A stretch of DNA of 64,000 nt from NCBI GenBank assembly GCA_964016885.1, contig OZ024741.1:240498001-240562000 (forward strand). The letters are read 5' to 3'. A model generated the notes under the pieces. It ran no database searches, was not told where the DNA came from, and worked only from the letters and a program-made list of their open reading frames with translations. Origin of the DNA: Eledone cirrhosa (Eukaryota). Position numbers and translations under genes: made by a program. Shown one piece after another: positions 40,201 to 52,154 of this stretch (position 1 is its first letter; the number at the start of each line of letters is the position of its first letter).

Positions 40201-41560
40201 TATAGGCTACTGTGTATATAGTGTAGTATATAGTATAGCAGGTATATAATATAGGGTACTGTGTATATAGTGTAGTATGTAGTATAGCAAGTATATAATA
40301 TAGGCTACTGTGTATATAGTGTAGTATATAGTATAGCAGGTCTATAATATAGGGTACTGTGTATATAGTGTAGTATATAGTATAGCAGGTATATAATATA
40401 GGGTACTGTGTATATAGTGTAGTCTATAGTATAGCAGGTATATAATATAGGGTACTGTGTATATAGTGTAGTCTATAGTATAGCAGGTATATAATATAGG
40501 GTACTGTGTATATAGTGTAGTCTATAGTATAGCAGGTATATAATATAGGGTACTGTGTATATAGTGTAGTCTATAGTATAGCAGGTCTATAATATAGGGT
40601 ACTGTGTATATAGTGTAGTCTATAGTATAGCAGGTCTATAATATAGGGTACTGTGTATATAGTGTAGTATGTAGTATAGCAGGTATATAATATAGGCTAC
40701 TGTGTATATAGTGTAGTCTATAGTATAGCAGGTATATAATATAGGGTACTGCGTATATAGTGTAGTCTATGGTATAGCAGGTATATAATATAGGGTACTG
40801 TGTATATAGTATAGTATATAGTATAGCAGGTATATAATATAGGGCACTGTGTATATAGTGTAGTATATAGTATAGCAAGTATATAATATAGGCTACTGTG
40901 TATATAGTGTAATATATAGTATAGCAGGTCTATAATATAGGGTACTGTGTATATAGTGTAGTATATAGTATAGCAGGTATATAATATAGGGTACTGTGTA
41001 TATAGTGTAGTCTATAGTATAGCAGGTATATAATATAGGGTACTGTGTATATAGTGTAGTCTATAGTATAGCAGGTCTATAATATAGGGTACTGTGTATA
41101 TAGTGTAGTCTATAGTATAGCAGGTCTATAATATAGGGTACTGTGTATATAGTGTAGTATGTAGTATAGCAGGTATATAATATAGGCTACTGTGTATATA
41201 GTGTAGTCTATAGTATGGCAGGTATATAATATAGGGTACTGTGTATATAGTGTAGTCTATGGTATAGCAGGTATATAATATAGGGTACTGTGTATATAGT
41301 ATAGTATATAGTATAGCAGGTATATAATATAGGGTACTGTGTATATAGTGTAGTATATAGTATAGCAGGTATATAATATAGGGTACTGTGTATATAGTGT
41401 AGTCTATAGTATAGCAGGTATATAATATAGGGTACTGTGTATATAGTGTAGTATATAGTATAGCAGGTCTATAATATAGGCTACTGTGTATATAGTATAG
41501 TCTATAGTATATAGTATAGCAGGTCTATAATATAGGCTACTGTGTATATAGTGTAGTCTA
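37240..41560. repeat. Tandem satellite, 49-bp unit TATAGCAGGTATATAATATAGGGTACTGTGTATATAGTGTAGTATATAG, ~85-90 copies; degenerate flanks at ~36750-37190 and ~43420-43860
   Basis: GCAGGT recurs every 49 bp (e.g. 37964, 38013, 38062). Confidence 0.97.
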
Positions 41561-41562
41561 AA

Positions 41563-42890
41563 GCACATGACTTAGTAGTAAGATAGTTGGATTCACAATT
41601 ATGAGGTTGTGAATTTGATTTCTGACCAGGTAATGTGTTGTGTTGTTGAGCAAGACATTATATTATTTCATGTTGTTATGGCTCTTGCCATTCTGAGTTC
41701 AAATCTCGCCGCGGTTAACTTTGCCTTTCATCCTTACGGGAGTCGATAAAATAAAGTACCAGTAATACACTGGGATAATTGCTGGCCTTGAGCCAAAAGT
41801 AGAAACAATTATTTCATGTTGTTCCAGTACACTGAGTTGAAGAAATAAATTGTGATGTTACTGGTACCAAATTGTATTTGTCTTTACCTTTGGCCATTCC
41901 CATGGACAATTTCAGTGTTTTTGAGAGGGGTGACTTGTATGAATGGGCAACTGTTGGTCTTCCACAAAAACACCTTGCCAGGGCTTGTGCTTTGGAGGGG
42001 AACTTTCTAGGTGCAAAACCCATGATCCTTCCTGACTGAATGGAGTTTTTACCTTTTATTGTGTGTGTGTGTGTGTGTGTGTGTGACAGCTCACACCTAT
42101 GCAGGTTTAGCTGGCCTCCTCCGAGCTATATGTCGTTGGAGGTGTCTTGGGTAATTTAATGATAGGGTCCCTAGTCCTATCATCTCATTTCTACAGCTGA
42201 GTAAACTGGAGCAATGTGAAATAAAGTGTCTTGCTCAAGGAAACAACACATCGCCCGGTCTGAGAATTGAACTCACAACCTTTCGATTGCAAGGCCAATG
42301 CTCTAACCACTAAACCATGTGCTTTATTGTGTATGTAATATAGTCTATTGTGTAAATAATTGTTTCTACTTTTGGCACAAGGCCATCAATTACCCAGTAC
42401 ATTACTGGTACTTTATTTTATCGACCCCGTAAGTATGAAAGGCAAAGTTAACCTCGGCGGGATTTGAACTCAGACCACAAAGGGACGTGTGTAAATAATG
42501 TTGTGTATTGTACACCAGGTATATAATATAGTGTATTGCATATATTGTGTGTATAGTGCAGTATGTGAAGGTATGTAGTTTAGTTGTTAGAGCATTGAGC
42601 TCACAATCATAAGGTTGTGTGCTGCTTTGTGTTCTTGAGCAAAACATTTTATTTCACATTGCTCCAGTTCACTCAGTTGTAGAAATGAGTTGCGATGTCA
42701 CAGGTGCCAAGCTGTATCAGTCATTGCCTTTTGCTTGGACAACATCGGTGGTGTGGAGAGAGAAACTGATATGCATGGGCGACTGCTGGTCTCCCACAAA
42801 CACACCTTGCCCAAGCTTGTACCTCAGAGGGGAAATTTCTAGGTACAAAACCCATGGTCCTTCCTGACTGAATAGGGTTTTTATCCTTTG
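41563..42890. mobile_element. Nest of SINE fragments (families 1 and 2 and a related CORE-type SINE) at the right edge of the satellite
   Basis: Recognisable heads, cores and tails on both strands. Confidence 0.75.
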
Positions 42891-42929
42891 TGTAAATCAT
42901 GTTGTGTATTATATATCAGGTATATGATG

Positions 42930-43420
42930 GCTGCAAACTCTGCAAAGAGTATTGCAATCACTTGTCAGATTCAGATGTGTGATGCTCGGATATGGCTTTC
43001 CAAGCCTGCTAGAGACTTGCACTCCTTCACGCACTAACAACATCTATGAATCTCCCTGGTCTCAGGTCTTGGATTAGGTTGCCTATGAACCTTCATAATA
43101 CCGTGGAGATCATAGTTCATTGGTTCTCTTAGAACATGGCTGTGACTGTGGCTCCTTAAACCAGATTTGCTCAAGCAAATCTTTCCACACTCAGGGCACA
43201 CCAGTTCAATGGAGACACCGATCGTCTAGAGAGATACACTAGGGAATTGCTTACGTACATCTCGTTTGATTTTCTCATGCTCTATGCATCTGTCCTCAAA
43301 ATCATTGACCCCATCATTCACCATTCCACGCCAAGTTTCTCTTTCAAGAGCTTCTATCTCCCACTCAAACAGCATCAAACCAGTTTTTTTCAATGAGTCC
43401 TTTACACAATCTTTGAATCA
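42930..43420 (-). mobile_element. RTE-BovB-like LINE C-terminus with C2H2 finger
   Basis: FKDCVKDSLKK..WEIEALERETWR...VCPECGKICLSKSGLRSH on the minus strand. Confidence 0.7.
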
Positions 43421-44354
43421 GGTATATAATATAGTGTATTGTACATATTGTGTATATAGTGTAATATATAGGCTAGTGTATATAATATAGTATATTGTAT
43501 AGCAGGTATATAATGTAGTATTTAGTGTAATGTATTATGTGTATATTGTTTAGAGGGTATATAATATAGAGTATTGTGTATATAGTGTTGTGTATTGTGC
43601 TGCGGCATCATAATCATCATCATCATCATCATCATTTAATGTCTATTTCCATGTTTGTATGGGTTAAAAGGTAGTGTTGGAAATACATGTATTTTGAAGT
43701 AGTTACATAGTGTAGTATGTATTGCATTTATGTAGAGTTTATATAGCATAGTGTATTGTAGATATTTGGTATATAGTTTAGTGAATTGTATAGTGGATAT
43801 ATATTTTAGTGTACTGTGTTGTGTCTATATAGCATGGTGTGTGTATAGTGTAGTGTATTTTGTCAGCCATTTTCACACCTCATAGACTACATAGTGTGAT
43901 AGGTATGTTGATAACTGTCCATTAGGAGTTATTGGTCCATACATACAAGATAGAAAATGCTTGATTGAGATTCTGCACAGTGGCATCAAACTCAACACCC
44001 CATTGAAGCAAAGCAAGCTTCTCAACCACATAGCCATGAAGCTTTCTGAATCATGTCTGATCTGTAAGTTGAAACAATAATGATTTCTAATAAAGGCACA
44101 AAGCCAACAATTTTTTTAAAGGACTTACATTGACTCCAGCACATAGCAGGTACTTTATTTTATTGAATCATAGAAGGATGAAAGGAAATGTTAACTTTGG
44201 TGGGGTTTGTAGATGAATGCTTCAAAGAATTCTGTCCATCGTTCTAAAAATTCAGCCAATCCTCTACCCTTGGTTAATAAACAATAATAAAAACAACAGG
44301 AACAAATTTAGATTAAAAAAAGAAACTGTAGATAATGGAAAAGAGAAAACTAAC

Positions 44355-44595
44355 CTGGAATCTCTTCATACTGGCTCTCCTTCCATCCTAGTTCACATTC
44401 TCCTCCGCCACCTCCTCGTGTTGATTCATACTGAGTCTCCTTCCATCCTAGTTCACTTTCTCCTCTTCCTATACCTCCACCACCACCTCCTCCTCCTCGT
44501 GTTGATAATGTGTCACTGAGATAATTAGCAACGGTCATTGCATTCTGTTCTGTTGGTTCCCCATATGATGTCACAGTTATGGGCCGGTTGTATAA
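44355..44595 (-). CDS. Protocadherin cytoplasmic exon (241 nt, phase 0 in, phase 1 out): LYNRPITVTSYGEPTEQ...GWKESQYEEIP
   Basis: Branch-point-like tactaat and acceptor tctctacttcAG end at 44596; donor CAG|GTTAGT at 44354. The frame is stop-free, matches the phase-0 donor of the large exon, and the sequence is not a recognisable repeat family. Confidence 0.8.
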
Positions 44596-44894
44596 CTGAA
44601 GTAGAGAATTAGTATATTACTATAAACAGTATCATTATCATTCTTTAACATCCATTTTTCCCTGCTAGCAAGGGGTGGATGGGTTGTCACAGATCACATT
44701 ACTACTTAATCAGAGCTACTAATATCTCATATGGGCCAAGGATCTGCATCTCTCTTACGTACTTGCACTGAGTACATTTTATCATGGCACCAGCACTAGG
44801 GAGGTTGTTATGTTTTTGGCTCAGCTGAAGAGTCCGCTCAACCCTTTGTTTTGCAGGGTTTTTTTTTGTTTGCTAAGTGTGTACACACACACAC

Positions 44895-44925
<31 letters not shown>

Positions 44926-45380
44926 GTAATCATTTTAAGGCCATTTTCCTTACTGAATCAAGGGTTAGCCTTGTGGTCTTCATGATATGGATTTCCTTTT
45001 GAAGTAAGGTTTGAAAGCCAGATGCTCTTCCTTGCATCAACCCTTTTAGTTGTGCCTTTTACAAAATGTATAGTAATAGAAAATTGAATAAAATACCCCT
45101 ATGGAAGGAAAATAGTGCCCAGCACCAATATATATTAATATTATAGTTCAAGATTAAAAAACCAAACACTGAGATATAATTGCATAGTCCTATTCATCAA
45201 GAGAGTATAAAGCTATAAAATGAAACTAGAAGGTTGGGTGAGAGTTATAAAAAAAAACAACAGATTTACCAGGATGGATGTAGTTGGGGGTGTTAGTTGT
45301 CTGGAGTGCAAAGTGGGGCAGTGCAGAGGAGGTGGCAGAATGTCTAAGTCTATCATTGGTGCTGGTGTGTGTGTTCATAT

Positions 45381-45727
45381 ATCATCATCATCATCATCAT
45401 CTCATTTTACGTCCGCTTTTCCCTGCTTGCAAGGGTGGGACGGGAACTGATTCTGGCTTGATTTCTACAGCTGGATGCCCTTCCTAACACCAACCTCATT
45501 TACAGTGAGTGCTGGGTGCTTTTTTGCCGTGGCACCTCCACGACCACTTTGCAGTGGAATGATAGGAACCCCAGTCCCTATCATCTCATTTCTACAGCTG
45601 AGTAAACTGGAGCAATGTGAAATAAAGTGCCTTGCTCAAGGAAACAACACATCACCCGGTCTGAGAATTGAACTCACAACCTTTTGATTGCAAGGCCAAT
45701 GCTCTAACCACTAAGCCATGTGCCTCC
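45381..45727 (-). mobile_element. SINE family 2, full length, in protocadherin intron
   Basis: Reverse complement of the consensus. Confidence 0.87.
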
Positions 45728-45732
45728 ATCTG

Positions 45733-45769
<37 letters not shown>

Positions 45770-46029
45770 TCATTTTATGTCCATTCTTCCACTCTAGCAT
45801 GGGTTAGATGAGTTGTCCTGTTGTGGGCAATGCTAGGTCAGGTGACTGTGCCTTGCTTATGCAGAACTGATTTTGGCTTGGTTTCTACAGTTGGATGCTC
45901 TTCCTACCAGCAACCCCATTTATAGTGAGTACTGGGTGCTTTTTGTTATGATACCTACACGATCACTTTACTGTGAGGACTGGGTGCTTTATATATACAT
46001 ATATATATACATATATATACATATATATA

Positions 46030-46897
46030 CCACTATTAGCTGCTAAAGGGTTCTCCCTAAAAATGAAAGGCAGGTTGTACGATGCCTGCATACGAACAGC
46101 AATGCTGCATGGCAGTGAGACCTGGGCATTGTGTGCAGAGGATATACGCAGACTAGAGAGGAACGAAGCTTGCATGCTCCGCTGGATGTGTAACAGTAAT
46201 ATACGTGAATGGCAAAGCATAAACGAACTAAGGAAAAAATTAGAGATAAGAGGGATCAGATGTTGTTTACTCGAGAGAAGGCTACGTTGGTATGGACACG
46301 TGATGCGCATGAAAGTCGATAGCTGTATAACAAAGTGCAGGGCAATAAAGATAGACGGTAGTCACGGAATAGGCAGACCTAGAAAAACCTGGGACGAGCT
46401 GATAAACTCCGACATCACACACTTACACCTCTCCAAGACAATGTCACTGGACCGAGACCTTTGGCGGTACTCAGTAACAGAGAAGACCCGCCTTACCTAA
46501 ATATATAGTAAAACCTACTCCAGCCAGTAGGCATCTCTAACAAAATACACCCCGTCCCACCACCACCACCCCCACCCCATCCCCACCACCCTGTTCTATG
46601 TAAAGTTATGTTGGTGCCGCGCCATCGAGGCCGAAACAAATGAGATCGTGTAGGTGTCACGACAAAAAAACACACAGTCCACGCTGTAATGTGGCCGTGT
46701 AGGCAACACGGTAAAAACCTCCCAGACCCACACTGTAAATGTGGTTGGTGTTAGGAAGGGCATCCAACTGTAGAAAACCTGCCAGACAGTCCTATGCAAG
46801 CAAGACAATCACTCTTGCCTCAAGTGGGACTACCCCCATCCAAACCCATGCAAGCGTGGAACACGGACGTTAAACGTTGATGATGATGATGATGATG
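46030..46897 (+). mobile_element. RTE LINE 3' end with UTR and (GAT)n tail
   Basis: KGRLYDACIRTAMLHGSETW...RRLRWYGHVMRM...GRPRKTW...WR. Confidence 0.9.
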
Positions 46898-47058
46898 ATA
46901 TACACACATACCTTTTCTTTCAAACATGTTATATTGAAGGCATGACTGTGCCTTAGTTTGATCATTTTTATTAAGGATTTTCCAATGTTCCATATTCTGT
47001 TATTGACTTCTTATGCTTAGTTTAGAACAGTCTATGTGAGTATTAACATTTTGAGGCT

Positions 47059-47168
47059 TTCACTGGCTCATTGTTAGAATCAGACCTTCACTGGGCCAGT
47101 GTTAGAATCAGACCTTCACTGGGCCATTGTTAGAATCAGACCTTCACTGGGCCATTGTTAGAATCAGA
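47059..47168. repeat. 28-bp minisatellite ttgttagaatcagaccttcactgggcca, ~3.8 copies
   Basis: Seen directly. Confidence 0.9.
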
Positions 47169-47768
47169 ATGGTCACACTTGTGGCATATTGGTCACATGC
47201 TTAGCAGTGGTCATAATGGATCATGAGAATGGTGGGAAATCGTGGACAGCTGATTTAACATTTCTCAATGATTGAAGCATGGCAGTTATAATTTGCTTTA
47301 CATATGCTGAATACATGTGTTAATTTTTTTTTGTGGGGGGGGGGGGGTCTTTGCATTGGTGTCGTGTTCCTTCATGCCTCATATTTACTCAAGTTTAATA
47401 ACTGGCGTCTTTATTTAAGACAGTTTTCATGCTTCATGTTTCAGCTAGTTTGTCTGAGGTAATGCTCTATTTTCTTGTTTCTCTCCTGCTAATTGTCTGA
47501 TGTAATTTAAAGACCACTTCTATCCTGTTTGTTTTTCTCTCTGGGCATTGACAAATCTATTTAGCTTCATCCTTCTCCCCTTGCCCAGTATAATTCAGAA
47601 CAGCTGTTGTGATAATTTTCCCAGTGGTTAGGGTATATTATGAGCATTAGTGGTTGTCATCCTAAATGTCAACAACTCAGATTTCCTTTGATATCTGTGA
47701 TATCCTTGGACAACTGTGTCCAGAATAGATAGCTGAAAATTGGAAATTGTTTGTTTGTATTGTCTTTG

Positions 47769-47824
<56 letters not shown>

Positions 47825-48004
47825 GTAATGTGTTTGTGTGTGTGTGTGTGAGTGAACCTTTCATTTACCTGCTTACATACGTTTACAGTCATTTTCTTCA
47901 CAGTTAAAGCTACATGCAAACATGCATGTGTATACATACAAATGCATGTGTAGTTGTGCACCCAGGCATACACATACAATCACATATGCACATGTATAAT
48001 AGGC

Positions 48005-48030
48005 ACAAAGAGAGAGAGAGAGGGAGGTTG

Positions 48031-48061
<31 letters not shown>

Positions 48062-48290
48062 GAGGGAGAGAGAGAGGGAGAGAGAGAGAGAGAGAGAGAG
48101 AAAATAGAAGGAAGAGGAGAGATAGAAAAGAGAAAGTGAAGATAAGAGATAGAAAAAAGGAGAGAGGTATGGAGATGAGAGAAAGGAGGAAAGAAGACAG
48201 AGAATGAAGGGAAGGGTGATTGAAGAGGAGAGAGTGAAGAGAAAGAGAAAAAGGAGGGAGAGAAGAGAGGTAGAGGAATTGATGAAGAAT
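48005..48290. repeat. (GA)n / polypurine tract just inside the protocadherin intron
   Basis: Seen directly, starting ~70 bp after the donor. Confidence 0.9.
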
Positions 48291-48363
48291 TGACTTTTGT
48301 AATTATAAATTGAAATTAGTGAGAAGTTAATTTAGTTGATTAAATATTAAAAAGTTCTCTTAC

Positions 48364-50748
48364 CAAAGCTGAATTCTTCCAGTCAGTGAGGGACTTAATA
48401 TCTGGATAGAACTGGTTTGATGTTGATTCAAGTGATTGTGAATTTCTGTTAATCAGCTCCTGTGTGTTCCTGGCCATAATTATTGGATTACTACTGGTCT
48501 GATAAATTAACTGTCTCATTTCTGCCCTTGATTGGTATGGCTGGGCCTCTCCTTGTCTTGCTAATGTATTTCTGTTATTGTTTAATCTTACTATACATAA
48601 TGTAATGGCAATGACCACCACTACAGACACCAACACAGCTGCTATTACTATAACTATGACCCAGGTGAGGTTGATCATGTTGTCTGATTGTAAAGGGACA
48701 GATGTAAACATTGTTGATGTGCTGTTGCTAACAGTTAATGTTAGTGAGATAGTTGTGGTAGCAGACAGAACTGGACTGCCACAATCTTTGATAGCAAACA
48801 CTATATTATACATCCCTACATCATTTTGGTAGACTGGCCGTGAGAATGACAACAAACCAGTATAGTGGTTGACTGTAAATAGTAGCTTGTTATTGCCACT
48901 TAGTATCTCATACTTAAGAAAGGCATTATTGCCACTGTCTCTGTCAGAGGCCCTTAGTACTGTGATGTCAATCTTGCTTTGGGGATGGTAGTGGACATCA
49001 AGGTTGAAAGGATCAACACTAGGAAATGTGAAATATGGAGTATTATCATTTTCATCTAAAACTTCAACAATAACATTGGCCGTATTATTTAATGGAATTT
49101 TTCCGTTATCCTTAACCAGAACTTGAAATTTGTAAATATTTTGTTGTTCTCTGTCTAATGTTTCTGATGTTGAAATAAAACCATAGTCAGTAATATGGAA
49201 TGGTAAATGAAAGTTATTATTGCTAGTTATTAGATTATATGTTAAGAGGCCACCTGAGCCTGAATCAGGGTCTGTAGCATTGATGAAACCAATAGGGAAA
49301 TTTCTCTCTTCATTTTCATAGGTGAGAAACTGGAATGTTTTTTTCGTAAACTGTGGTTGTACATCATTGATGTCAATCACTTGGATAGAGAATGTTTTGT
49401 CTGTTTTCAGTGAGGGGAAACCTCCATCATGACACATGATGGTTATGTTATAGTGGTCCCGAGTTTCTCTGTCAACTTGACTTTTCATAATTACTTTAAA
49501 TTCTTTTGGCCCCATTGACTGTAGTTTTAATTTGTTGTGTTTGATATCACAGTTAACCTGGCCATTGTGTCCAACATCATTGTCAGTGACCATCACATAA
49601 GCAATGAAACTACCAACTTTGATATCTTCAGAAATGGTAGCTGTGTTGTCATTGATTGCAGAAACATAATCTATATCAATAGATGGAGGGTTGTTGTGTT
49701 GGTTGATAACATTTACTAGAACTACTGCTATGGAACTGAGAGGAGGGTTACCTCCATCTCTGGCTTCAATATATAATTTATAAGGCAGTTTATCATTTAA
49801 TTTTGGACTTTGTATTAAAATAACTTCTCCTGTTTTTTGATTTAATAAAAAGTAGTTTTTGACAACATCAGATGTCTTAGGACTAAAGTGGTAGGTAACT
49901 ATAGCATTATCATCAATATCCATGTCAACAGCAGACAAAATAATCACTGGTGTTTTTAATTTGTGGGTGTGTTTTATTGTAATGTTGTATATATTTGGGG
50001 AGAAAATTGGTCTGTTGTCATTTTCATCTTTCACAGATATTCTAACATCTAAGGTGTTTTGCTTAGGTTTAGAACCTTTGTCCGTTGCAACAATTTGGAT
50101 AATATAACTGTCTTTTGCTTCTCGGTCAAGTCTTTTCTCCAAGACTATTCCAAGTGTAGAAATTCCATCAGCTCTTCTTGACACAAACAAAGAAAATATA
50201 TTTTCATTTCTATTTTCGTTTCTCAACTTGTAAGTAATCTGAGAATTTGTGAGGCTGACATCTTTGTCAATAGCATTGGGTATTGATTTAATCATTCCTA
50301 CAGCTTCCCCTTCAGAATACTGAAGTGAAATCTCCTTATCAGGAAACTCCGGTCGATTGTCATTTACATCCTCTATTATCACTTTAACTTTGAGTATCTT
50401 CATAAAGGTCTTGGCTTTGCGAACAGCAACTTTCATAATCGTAAAGCATTCTGTATAGTCAGTACAAAGTGATTCAGCATCAAGGACCTGAGCTGTGTAC
50501 AGTTTACCAGTCTCGGTAACATTGAACAACTCAATTTTTGTCGATATTTTCCTCTTCAGTTCGCTAAAACTTATCAGATCTGTACTTCCAGATGTCATGT
50601 CATTCATCATGTGGGAATCTACTGCGATATCTCCAATGAAACTTCCTGAGTGTTTCTCTTCTTCCACGTAATAAATGATATCAACACACAGGCATACATG
50701 CAATAAACAATATATGTATGATATCAGTATAGACATAGAAATCAACAT
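48364..50748 (-). CDS. Protocadherin, large coding exon: signal peptide, 6 extracellular cadherin repeats, TM helix, start of cytoplasmic tail
   Basis: Open frame of ~800 aa. It has cadherin motifs (DVNDNRPEF, LDRE, DENDNRPIF, DGGNPPLS, VDRE, DINDVQPQF, DENDNTPYF), the protocadherin EC1 C-x5-C (LCTDYTEC) and the TM segment LTWVIVIVIAAVLVSVVVVIAITLCIV. Probable ATG at 50748 (MLISMSILISYIYCLLHVCLC signal peptide). Acceptor ttttgttctctttcAG ends at 50810; donor TTG|GTAAGA follows 48364 (phase 0). Confidence 0.95.
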
Positions 50749-51036
50749 AGTTGTCGCCGCCAAGGTTCTCTTATTGAAGCCATGCACTCTCGGAATCCAG
50801 GAAACATTTCTGAAAGAGAACAAAATATTACATCAATTACATGAACTAGATATATAAGATGGCATTAGCTCTTTATCACAACTCTAGATATCATTCAGTA
50901 ATCACCATGATGATCACCACCACCACCACCACCACCACCACCACCATCATCATCATTATCATCATCATCAGATTGAACAGATAAGTGCAGCATTGAAAAG
51001 CAAATTTCTTAATCTTATGCTTCTGACATTATTTAA

Positions 51037-51460
51037 AGTGGATTGGCAGAATCAGTAGAGCGTCAGGCACTACACTTTGCGGCATAGTTATATCCCTTTA
51101 TGTTCTGAGTTCAAATCCTGCAAAGGTTAGCTTTACTTACGGGGTCAATAAAATAAAGCACCAGTAATGCACGGCGGTCAATTTAATTGACTTTCCCCTA
51201 CTCCAAAATTGCTGGCCTTGTGCCTATAGTAGAAATCATTATTTAAACTGAGGAAGGTGGTTTGACAGAGTTGCTAGAGCGTTAAACAAATGCAGCTCTT
51301 TACTTTCTGAGTTTAAATCTCACAGAGGTTAACTTTGCTTTTTATCTTTCTGGGTTGATAAAATAAAGTACTAGTACAATATTTCAGCTTATATAATTGA
51401 CTATTGACTTTCACCTTCTCCTTCAAATTGTTGACATCGTATCTAAATTGGAAACCATTA
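51037..51460 (+). mobile_element. Two diverged SINE family 1 copies upstream of the protocadherin acceptor
   Basis: A/B boxes and the central domain are recognisable in both. Confidence 0.75.
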
Positions 51461-52154
51461 TTTCAACTCAGACAGATTGCTGCACTATACAGAACTTGAC
51501 AAAGTCTAAAGTTTAATACAGTGAATGTAGTAGTAGGGGGAGAAGTAGTAGTAGTAGTAGGGGGCGAAGTATTAATAGTAGGGGGAGAAGTAGTAGTAGT
51601 AAGGGGAAAAGAAATAAGGAGTTAAACATGTTGTTGTTCTTCTTCTTGGGAGGGTTGTGTGTGTCTTGGGTGGGTGGGTTTAATCAGTCATCAGACATGC
51701 CTTCCAGTAGGTCCTATCAGATGCAACTATTTTCAATTGACCTTTGAAACTAGTTAGAGAGATGAAGACATCCTCAAACTGGGGATGTGTGCCAAATGCT
51801 TGCAACAGATTAAACTCTATTAAAGGTACTCAAGAGCCAGGTGACGCTATGAAACCAGGCAGTGAATTAAGTCTATCATCCAAATGGGCCACAACAGAAT
51901 CTAAACCTGAAATGGGAGGAGCCAGAACAAATACTACAAGGTATCCTGTCTGACAGTCTAACAATTCTGCCTATCATGGACTGGTACTTTATTTTATCGA
52001 CAATGAAAAGATGAAATTTGACCTCAGCAGGATTTGAACTTGTGGAGAGAACCAAAACAAATGCTGCAAGGTATTATGACCAATGTTCTCACAACTCTGC
52101 CAATTTTTAACTTTAAAAGTGTGCTTTATTTTATTGAACTTGAATAGTAGTAGT

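Noticed and set aside
37240-47168. 49-bp and 28-bp arrays as CRISPR
   Set aside because: No unique spacers, no cas genes, eukaryotic context.
48340-50823. ORF-track boundaries of the protocadherin (827 aa)
   Set aside because: The TTG start lies inside the splice acceptor and the last residues lie beyond a GTAAGA donor. Spliced boundaries are used instead.
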